DNA of 64,000 nt from Camelus ferus (taxonomy: Eukaryota): NCBI RefSeq assembly GCF_009834535.1, contig NC_045696.1:95048001-95112000 (forward strand). Reading direction: 5' to 3'. Positions within the stretch are counted from its first letter, which is position 1. Every line of letters starts with the position of its first letter. Below the pieces are notes generated by a model, which was not told the DNA's origin, did no database searches, and was given only the letters and a program-made list of their open reading frames with translations. A program made the position numbers and the translations under genes. Shown here piece by piece: positions 54,566-64,000 of the stretch.

Positions 54566-57152
54566 TAAAATAAAAACAATCTTAGTTAAAATATTCATGT
54601 TTTTCTGTGGCCACTTAAGTTTTCCTTTGGTAAACTAATAAAAGTATTAATTTCAAAAAGAGAAGCAACTTCTAAAATTGGTCTTTTTTTTCAAGTTAGG
54701 TTTGTTGTAAATAATACAGTAAATGATACAAGATAAATTTTAGTCTTTATTTCTTCTATTTTAAGCATCTAAGCATCCCGATAGTTGCTGGATTAGACTA
54801 GCCAGTGATGTTAATGGTTGGTGATCACAGATGCTTGTGGATTGGTTTAATCAGACTAAGACCTAACGAGCCAACTCAGAGAAATAAGAGTTGTTAGGAA
54901 TAGAGTCAGAGCACCAAGGCCAATGGAAAGGAGACACCCCAAGCAGTAACCATTAGGCACAGATTCAGGGGTTTTGTCCACTAAAATGCAGGGAACCTGC
55001 AATATTTGTTTTTCTGCTGAGGGGATCACCAACTCTGGCTTGTAGTCAATGCAAGCTTGATTCATCCACTGTGAAAAGATGGTTTTAGGAAACTTGGAGT
55101 TTAAGACATATACTTAACCAGTCCTGGAAAAAAAAATTCCTAGGGATAATGGAGAAAACAAAAGAAAATTAAACTGAGATAATCAAATAGTTTGAAGCAT
55201 GGACATAAGGGTTTAAACATCAAGGTTAACAGATGTAAGTTTTAGAATGTAGCGAAGAATAAAAGAAAGAAAAATTAAGATGGCTGTAAATATGATGAAA
55301 ATGATGTGCATGTCTTCCCGTAGATAATGACTTTAAACCTTTCACTATCTAAGCTCTATCAAGACAATGGTATTTGATAATTGTTCTTTCGCTTTTGATT
55401 TCCAAGTACTTAAAACAGTTCTGGGTCTTAATAGTCAATACATATTTACTGATTGTATGACTGAATGATTGAATGAATGAATAAATGGCTGGCTGGCTGG
55501 ATGAATGGATGAATGAATAAAAAGCAATAAGGAGATAAAAGTAAACCACCAAGAGATAGAAATTTGAAGAAACTTTATTCAAAGCATGATAGAAAGGGTG
55601 AAGTGAGGGCTTTTGTAATTTCTTGGTAGGGAAAGTGATAGGGGAGGAGAGCTCCCATCTACAGCTGGGAGTCAAAACACCATAGAAAGTCTGATGAGTG
55701 GTATCAAGCCTGTCCTGTTGTTACAGTTTTGATCCACAGAATTTTATGTCTCTGCTAAACCTTATTTAGATTTCCACTGTAACAACTCTAAAGAAGCTAT
55801 TTATATGTCTGTTTCTCCCAACCAGACTATAGTCTCTCCAAAGGAGATGTATAATGTTTTTGCATTGTTTTTAAATTTCAATTTCTCTGATGATTAATGA
55901 TGTTACGCATGTTTTCATGTGCTTATTGGCCATTTGTGTATCTTCTTTGGAGCAAGGTCTATTTAAATCTTCTGCCTATTTTTTAATCAGGTTGTTTATC
56001 TTTTGTTGTGGTTGAGCTGTAAGAGTCTTCTACTTATTTTTAATTGTTTTCTTTTAGTCTTCTTATAATTAAATTTTAAGAGTTCTTTTTATATTCTGGA
56101 TATAAGATCTTCATCAGATATATAACTTACAAATAGAAGTATTTTCTTCTAGTTTGTGGCTTGTCTTTTCATTTTCTCAACGGTTTTAGCTTGTGCATCT
56201 AAGTCTAGGATCTATTTTGAGTTAATTTTTTTGTATGAAGCAAGATAATAGTTTCAGTCCACTTTTTAGAAATAGGGATATCCAACTGTCCCAGGACTAC
56301 TAGACGAAAAGGCTATATTGTCACTCATGTGTTACTGACACCTTCATCAAAAATCATTTAATCATAAATGTAAGAGATTATTGCTGAACTCTCAGGTCTT
56401 TTCCACTGATCTATATGCCGACTCTTACACAAGTATCACACTGTCTTCTTTATTATAACTTTATAATATGCTTTGAAATTGGATAATGGAAATCCTCCAA
56501 TTTTACTCTTCCTTTTTCTAAATTGTTTTGGTTATTTTAGGCTTTTAGCATATCCGTATACATTTTAGGAGCAAGTTTTGCCTTTCTACACAAAGGCCTG
56601 TTGAGATTTTGATAAAGATTTTAATAAGTGTACAAATCTTTGAAGAAAATTACCATCATATTATCATTGCATCTTATAATTCATGACCATAGAAGTCTCT
56701 CTATTTAAAATTTTCTTTCATTTCTCTCAGGGGTGTTTTTTAAAAAATATGCAGTGTACAATTATTGCACTTATTTTGTTAGATTGTTATTGTTAGTAGA
56801 TGCCCTTTATCAAAATGAAGCGGTTTCTTTCTATTCCTAGTTCTGTGATAGTTATCAGTAAATGAGTGCTGGATTGTGTCAAATGCTTCTTCTGTATCCT
56901 TTGAGATAATCACCTGGGTTTGGTTTTGCGTTATATTAATACGGTGTATTACCTTAACTGATTTTCAGATGTTAAGCCAATTTTGCATTTCAGGGATAAA
57001 TCCCACTTAATCATGACACGTAACCTTTTTAATATGTTTTATATATTGCTGAATCGAATTTGCTAAAAATCTGTTGAGATTTTACATCTATGTTCATGAG
57101 GGATGTTTGTTTTCTTTCTTTGTGATCTCTTTGGCTTTGATATCAGGGTAAT

Positions 57153-57964
57153 TGTAATTAATAACAAGAAACATGTATTTGGTCTTTGTCCTCAATTTTG
57201 GAACAAAGCTCCTAAAACCTTTAGAATTTCTTAAGTGATAAGAGCAATAAAGGTGTCTTGATATTCATAACAAACCCCTTTCACCCATTCCTGAGTTTAC
57301 AGTTAATGAAGTGACTTTTGGAAAGCCCCTAAGAATGGGGACTGGTTGCCAGGGAAACAAACCATGTGATTACAGGTTTGGGAATTTCAGTTTCACCCCT
57401 AGCACCCTGGAAGGAGAGAGAGGCTAGAGATGCAATGGCCTGTGATGCAATTAATCATGCTTATGTAATGAAGCCTCCATAAACACTAAAAGGACAGGGT
57501 TCAGAGAACTTCTGGGTTGATGAACAAGGGTCTGGGGGAAGTGGCACATGGAAGCTCCTCACCCTTTCCCCAAACCTTGCCCTATGCATCTAGTCCATCT
57601 GGCTCTCCCTGAGTTATATCCTTTTATTAATAAACTGGTAATTTAGTAAGTAAGCTGTTTCTCTGAGTTTTGTAAGCTGCTCTAGCAAATCAAACACAAG
57701 GAGGAGAACATCATTGGAACCTCCAATCTATAGCTAGTTGGTCAGAAAGACCTGGGTTTGCAGCTAGTATCTGAAGTGGAAGCAGGGGCTGTCTTGTGGG
57801 ACTGAGCCCTTAGCATGTGGAATTTGATGCCACGTCCTGGTAGTGTCAGGAGTGAGCTGAATTGTAGGACACACAGCTGGTGTTGAAGAATCATTGTTGG
57901 TGTCGGAGGGGGGGACCTCCCCCCCTCCGACACCAACCCCCAAGAAGAATCGGATGCAGAATCA
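57153..57964 (+). mobile_element. MER21-like solo LTR inserted into L1
   Basis: TG...CA ends and AATAAA near 57629. The L1 phrase 'tatcagggtaat|actg' is split, with gtaat on both sides. Confidence 0.85.
57896..57937. repeat. Perfect 20-bp inverted repeat with a 2-nt spacer
   Basis: gttggtgtcggaggggggga (57896-57915), cc, tccccccctccgacaccaac (57918-57937). Confidence 0.95.
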
Positions 57965-58535
57965 GAGTAATACTGACTTCATAGAATAAGTTGGAAAATA
58001 TTTCCTCCTCCTCTATTTTCTCAGGGTTTTGTATTATCTCTTTAACTGTTACATAGGATTCACCAACGAAGCTTTCTGGAGCTGGGCTTTTCTTTGCAGG
58101 AAAATTGTTAATAATTAGTTCATCGTCTTTGCTTATGTCCAGGCATTGTATTTCTCTTTGATGCAGTTTTGATAATGTGTGTCCTAAGTATTTGTCCATT
58201 CTATCTAAATTACATAATTTGTTGGCAAAAAATCGTTCATAATACTTCCTCATAATTCTTTCGATTTTGGTTTCCCTGGAATTGTTCGTGATATTCTCTC
58301 ATTTATTCCTGTTTGGTATTTGAGTCCTTTCTTCTCTCTCTCTCTCTCTTTTTTTTTTTTTTTTTTTTTTTTGGTTATTCTAACTAAGATTTGTCAATTA
58401 TCTTGATCTTTCCAAAGAATCAATATTTTTCATTGAATTTCTCTGTTGTTTCTCTGTTTCTAATTTTGTTGATTGCTGGTCTAATCTTTATTATTTCCTT
58501 CTGCTTGGTTTGGGTTTAGTTTACTATTCTTTACC

Positions 58536-59016
58536 TTTTTTTAAAACTGAATTATAGTTGACATACAATATTATGATAGTTTCAGAGGTACCATATAGTA
58601 ATTTAATATTTACACATGTTATGATATTTATACACCTCAGTAAGTCTAGTAACCACCTGTCCCCCTACAGAGTAATTACAATATTATTGGCCATATTCTT
58701 TATGCTGTATATTACATCCCCATGTCTTATTTATTTTATAACTGGAGATTGGTACCTCTTAATCCTTTCTACCTACTTTGCCCCACACTTCACCCCTCTT
58801 CCCTCTGGCAACCACCTGTTTGTTCTCTGCATCTATGAGTCTGGTTCGTTTGTTTGGTTTTTTAGATTCCACATATAAGTGAAATCATATTGTGTTTTCT
58901 CTGTCTGATTTATTTTTCTTAGCATAATACCTCCAGATCCACCTGTGTTGTCACAAATGGAAAGATTTTATTTATTTTATGAATCAGTTACATGCCATTG
59001 TATGTATATATGTGTT

Positions 59017-59066
<50 letters not shown>

Positions 59067-59325
59067 TGTATTACATCTTCTTTATTCATTCATCAATGGA
59101 CATTTAGGTTGCTTTCATAAGTTCATTACCATGAATAATGCTACAATGAACATTGATGTGCATATATTTTTTCAAATTAGTGTTTTTGTTCTCTTCAGAT
59201 AAATACCCAGAAATGAAATTACTGGATTATATGACAGTTGTATTTTTAATTATTTTGAGGAACCTCCATAATGTTTTCCATAGCAGCTGCATCAATTTAC
59301 AATCCCACCAACAGTGCACAAGGTA
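58536..59325 (-). mobile_element. L1MA-type 3'UTR/3' end containing a (TA)n microsatellite
   Basis: 'atagttgacatacaatattat...ccctctggcaaccac...ttagattccacatataagtgaaatcat...ttgaggaacctccata'; (TA)n at about 59021-59058. Confidence 0.88.
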
Positions 59326-60799
59326 GCCAACAGAGCACAAGTAGCTTACCAAAAATCACGTTTCAGTAGACTCACTCTATGTTGCAGTTTAGTGAACATT
59401 TAATTTCTGTTAGAGTCATCCGATCAATTGACTGTCAGTTCTCGTATGTGTGTGTGTATGTATGCATCTTTACGCACATTTTCCTTTTTTCTCTGATTTC
59501 TTTAGTATTTCAGTTGGATGCTAGGAAAGATAGTGCCATGATATATTAGTAAGATGCTATTTAAATCCAAAAGTAAAATCTAATTTTTAGATTTTAGGGG
59601 GAATGGATTTCAAATGTTCAGAAAATATATAGATGTAATAACATAACCTGAGACTCTAAAAATGGTGACAATTTAAGAAGGTGGATATCCATGTGAAAAT
59701 TAAATTTAGCTTACATAGACTCAAATATTCCCCAGTCCACAGTGACAGAGAAGATCCATAATGAACCTGAAATTACTACAAAGGCAGTTATATAATGAGC
59801 TCAGTCACTAAATAAACATAATGGGGAGGAAAAATAAGGGGAATAGAACTTAGGATAAATGTAAAAGACAGCAACAAGCATGTAAGATTGGCCAGAGAAA
59901 GTTTAAAGTACACGAAATGAATATGATTCAGATGAAGAAAGAGCTTGCTCGGGAGTAACAAACCATGAGCAGGATGATCTGTTTAATCCCTTACTTTTTT
60001 CATTCTTTCTGTCAAATAAAAGCATTCTTAGACTAGAAATCTGGGAAGAAGAAAATATTAGTAAGAGGGAGCTGAAGGCCAGGACAGATGAACACATCTT
60101 CAGATATCACCTATCAACTCATAATTAGTTCAGGTATCCTATCTCAGATTCATTACATCCCAGTAACTGAAGTACTCTGCAAAAGAAATGGCCAAGCCAC
60201 TGCCAATAATTATGAAGCAAGACCAGATTATCAAATAAACAAACAAAAAGCTGGAGTAAGGCAGTTCTTACTCCAGGCTTCAAAGAAGCAGAAAACATAC
60301 AAGCCACAAAATATACCTAATAAGTCTGAGAACAAATCTAGGGAGGTTTTTAGAATGAATTATTAACTTAGAGAAGAAAATGACCATCAGTGAAGCAACC
60401 AAGGGTTTAATAAGAAAAAATATTCCAAACTATACTCCTTCTGAAAGAATTACTGGACTAGGATCTCAGCAAGAAGTGATTTCTTACCAAAACTGAGGTT
60501 AGAAGTATCATGTTCTTATAGAAACAAGCAATTAACAAAATAATTAAAATGTAATTTATATGCATACTTATTAAATAAGTATATTTTTAAAACAATCATG
60601 GTGTCTCCTTCCAGATAAAAAAAGCATATCTGCATGACAATCCTGTATTTAGCTATTTTCTTGAATTCTGCTCTCTTTCCTCAATTGCCCAGGAAATTTT
60701 TCTGGAATTCTTCTCTGCTGAGGCAGGTTCTGTCAGAATATTTAGGATTCACATTTTCTGTTGTTTCATTTTTACAGATTATGTCAAATTTAACTCAGA

Positions 60800-61430
60800 A
60801 ACTATGAGAAAACTCAGCAAGTTGGCTAAAGTAAAAAATAAATGCATAAATTCAATAGCGTTTATAAAGCAAAATAGCAACTGTTTAGAATATTGTGGAT
60901 AATTCATGATAGCAATGAATAAGATAAAAATCTTATGCATAAATGTGACTAGAAATGTGTGAAACTTATTTGACAATGAACCTCTGCTGAAGGATTAAAT
61001 ACAATGCATGACTACATGGAGACATAATCATGATCTAGGAAGAGAAGACAGTGTACTCATGTTAATTCTTTCCAAATTTATATACTGTATATCATCTTAC
61101 TTCTTTTTATTTATTTATTTATTTTTCTTTTTTCTTTTTAGTTGAAGTATAGTCAGTTACAATGAATCAGTTTCTGGTTTACAGTACAATGTCCCAGTCT
61201 TGCATATACATACATATATTCGTTTTCATCTTCTGATCGGGACCTTCTTTGGTGTTTGACTTAAATGGTTCTGAAATTCATCTGGAAGAAAAAGATACAT
61301 TAAAAATATATAGGAAATTTAGTGGAAAAAAATAATAAGGAGAAGTTGCTCTGTCAGTTGTACTTTTAAAGTATAATCATGAAAACATGTTATAGGTGTT
61401 GGAACAGATAGATGAATGGAACAAATAAAC
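60800..61430 (+). mobile_element. Old L1 (L1ME-like) ORF2 fragment, interrupted by a young L1 3' end
   Basis: 'gcataaatgtgactagaaatgtgtgaaactt', 'tctgaaattcatctggaag' and 'atagatgaatggaacaaa'. Confidence 0.55.
61103..61231 (-). mobile_element. Short young L1 3' end
   Basis: T-rich tail then 'gttgaagtatagtcagttacaatg...tttctggtttacag'; tcatctt on both flanks. Confidence 0.82.
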
Positions 61431-62261
61431 ATTCAGTGGAACTTTTCTCTGCATTGTAATAACCATCTTCATCATTGTCACATTTGATGAGTATCTACTA
61501 TGGGCCAGCCACTACTCTGAATTCTATCATGTATTAACTTATTTAATTCTTATGATGCTCCTGAATCATAGCCCTCACCTGGCTTTTACCCTCCAATTTT
61601 TAGTGAGACTATTTAACCCTATGGCATAATGCCAGTGTGAGTCTAATGAAGGAAATGAAGGAAAGCTGACATTACAAGGTTGAATCGAACAGAGTTAATA
61701 AACAAACAAAGAACTGGGCTGGATTATAGGAATAGAGGGCATTATTCGATCTGGGGTTTAGAGGAGCCATATGCCCCCTTCACTTCAGCCCTTCTAGACT
61801 ACCACAGGATTTCTGGTCATTCACAATAGGAAAATGAGTCAATCCCATTCTCAAATCTATTGGTGAAAGAGTTTCCTCTATTCTGTCCTTTGAGTTGTCT
61901 TAAACTTAAGACCGTTCATTGGTCATTGTATTACAGCATCCACCCGGACTTAACGCTCTGTTGGAGTTCGCGGACCAGATGCCTAGAGCAAGGTAGGGCT
62001 CAGAGAAAGCATCATATGGTTTGTGAGTAGGTGAATGGGTTTTTCATTTTTTCTGCTTTCCCACCACTACAGATGATCAACGAGATAAGGGAAACTCGTG
62101 GTGCCACTCAAAGGTGGAGTGATAGACAGCAACCAGGAGAGGGCGTGCACTCCCCAGGAAAGCCCAGAAATACTGCCCTAGAAAACCAGACATTCAGATA
62201 TTTCACAAAACAGTGATCTCAGGAGGCCAGAAAACACAGGGATGCTGGGGATATAGAAGAT

Positions 62262-62280
62262 CGTGTGTGTGTGTGTGTGT
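62262..62280. repeat. (TG)n microsatellite
   Basis: 'cgtgtgtgtgtgtgtgtgt'. Confidence 0.9.
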
Positions 62281-63089
62281 ATTTCATCTGGGAGGATATT
62301 TTTGACATGATATATATCATGGTGGCTGAACTGGGTGTCATTTCCTTTTTTTTTTTTCCTATACATACATTCCTGTAATAAAGTGTAATAAAGATAATAA
62401 AGAGATAACTCTAGACTGAAAAGAATTTAATTCTTTTCTTATGAACTTGGATTAATAATACCAATATATGTCCTAGCCTTCCAGGATTTGTGTGAATGGA
62501 ATATACTTGCAAAATCATTATTGCTTAAAACTAAAGCCTTGAGGGATTTCTGCAAAGGTGCACTGACAGGAATGTAACCTATGCCCATCTGTGAATTATG
62601 CCAGTATTCCTAAACATGTTACCCAAAAAACAGTTCAGAGAAGTGCCAAACAGTGACTGTCCGGCACAGATCTTTCTTCTTCCAGCAGTGACCTACCCAT
62701 ACCGCAAAGGCTCCTCGGCCGCAGGTGTAAACTGCACTGCCCTCTGCGTCATGACAGCCTCTCATGGGCTGTGCGTTAATTAGGGCTTTGGTTTAATGGC
62801 CAATTCCCCCCCCTACCTTGAGAGCCAGCATCCTCCCTAGGAAGTGGCCACCTGATTGCGCTCCCTTAGCTCAAGGCCCAGACATCTCCTCTCTTCTCTC
62901 CCAACCCCCCAGCTCAGTGTTCCTGATCAGGGCTTGGCTTTTTGCTGGCAGGCTGAAGCTGATCTCAACGGAGAGCAGATGCCGGGCAGAACCTGTCAGA
63001 GTCCTCTTTTTGGTTCCCCAAGCACACCTTAGTTTCCACATCACTGCTTATGAAATGGCCACCTTTCGTAAACTCTTAATGGCCGATGT

Positions 63090-63636
63090 TGGAACATTCA
63101 TTCCAAAAGCACAGCAGTGCCACATCAAGACCTGCACGTGAGTTTTCACAGCAACAGTATTCACAAAAGCCCGAAGTGGAAGCAATCCAAATATCTGCCA
63201 ACTTGGTAAATGTATTTTTTAAATTGTGCTGTGTCTGTGCAGCAGCATACTATTCAGTAATAAAAAGAAGTAAAAAACTACAGGTACATTGTATGCCTCA
63301 AGATGAATCACCCCCAAAAGCATCATACTAAGTGAAAGATGTCAGATACAAATACTCCATATTTTATGATTCCATTTATTTGAAGTGTCCAGACAAAGAA
63401 AGTGTAATGGACAGAAAGCAGATGAGTGGTCGCTCAGGGCGAGGGGTAGGAACAAGGATTGACCATAAAGAAGCATGCAGGAGCTTTCTACAGTGATGGA
63501 AGTGTTCTAAAAGTGAGTTGTGGTGATGGTTATACAACTCTACAAATTTACTAGAATATCAAATTGCATAACTGCAGTAGGTAAATTTTATGTTATATCA
63601 ATTATACCTCAATAAAGCTACTAAAAAATTAAAAAG
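63090..63636 (+). mobile_element. L1MB/L1MD-type 3' end
   Basis: 'agacctgcacgtgagttttcacagcaacagtattcac...tatgattccatttatttgaagtgtccaga...caattatacctcaataaagct'. Confidence 0.85.
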
Positions 63637-64000
63637 CATGGCAGTTATCCCTCTGGATTCTCTATGGAATAGGTATCCCTTCCCTAGAACAGAGTTCACA
63701 GCATAATCCCAGGTCACCTGATGGCCCAAAGATTAAGGGGACATAGGAGTGTCTAGTGGGTGGGATGCTGGTGTTATTTTGTGCTCTCCCAGGAATTGGT
63801 AGCACCACCTGACAAGTCCACGGGCCTAGTAAGTACACATCTCAGTCCAAAATTTCCTGGATTCAAGAATTACCACATCTCTTTTCTCTATAACCTCAGT
63901 CAGTTTCTATTTTCAACTTTCATCTGCCTGGCTGGTGAAACAATCATCCTCATTGCTTGTTGGAATTCCCTCTTCCTTTCACACCCTTGAGCTAGGCCAC

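Larger units (their letters stand above)
55835..58540 (-). mobile_element. Old L1 ORF2 remnant with internal deletions, interrupted by an LTR
   Basis: Antisense L1 text. The ORF-track peptide 'YYERFFANKLCNLDRMDKYL...KKSPAPESF.GE.Y...FYEVSITLI' is L1 ORF2-like. Confidence 0.88.

Overview
Mammalian non-coding DNA (intronic or intergenic), AT-rich and dominated by decayed interspersed repeats: L1 fragments of several ages, L2, MIR, MaLR and MER21-type LTRs, and hAT MITEs. Two tRNA-derived SINEs resemble the camelid Vic-1 type, and several short L1 3' ends look artiodactyl-like, so a camelid genome is likely (inference). I recognise no protein-coding gene, and the supplied ORFs are either L1/SINE remnants or chance ORFs. 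I cannot support a new multi-gene system here. The most notable local structures are two perfect inverted repeats with template-switch signatures (9517-9562, 57896-57937), a twin-primed L1 inversion inside a MIR, and a CpG-dense patch followed by CCAAT/GC-box/TATA-like motifs (about 26.2-26.8 kb). There is also a second CpG patch (29.7-30.2 kb), a strong CTCF-like motif (about 47.98 kb) and a 59-bp insert flanked by 20-bp direct repeats. Repeat family names are from recall of consensus sequences, not from a search, and boundaries are approximate.
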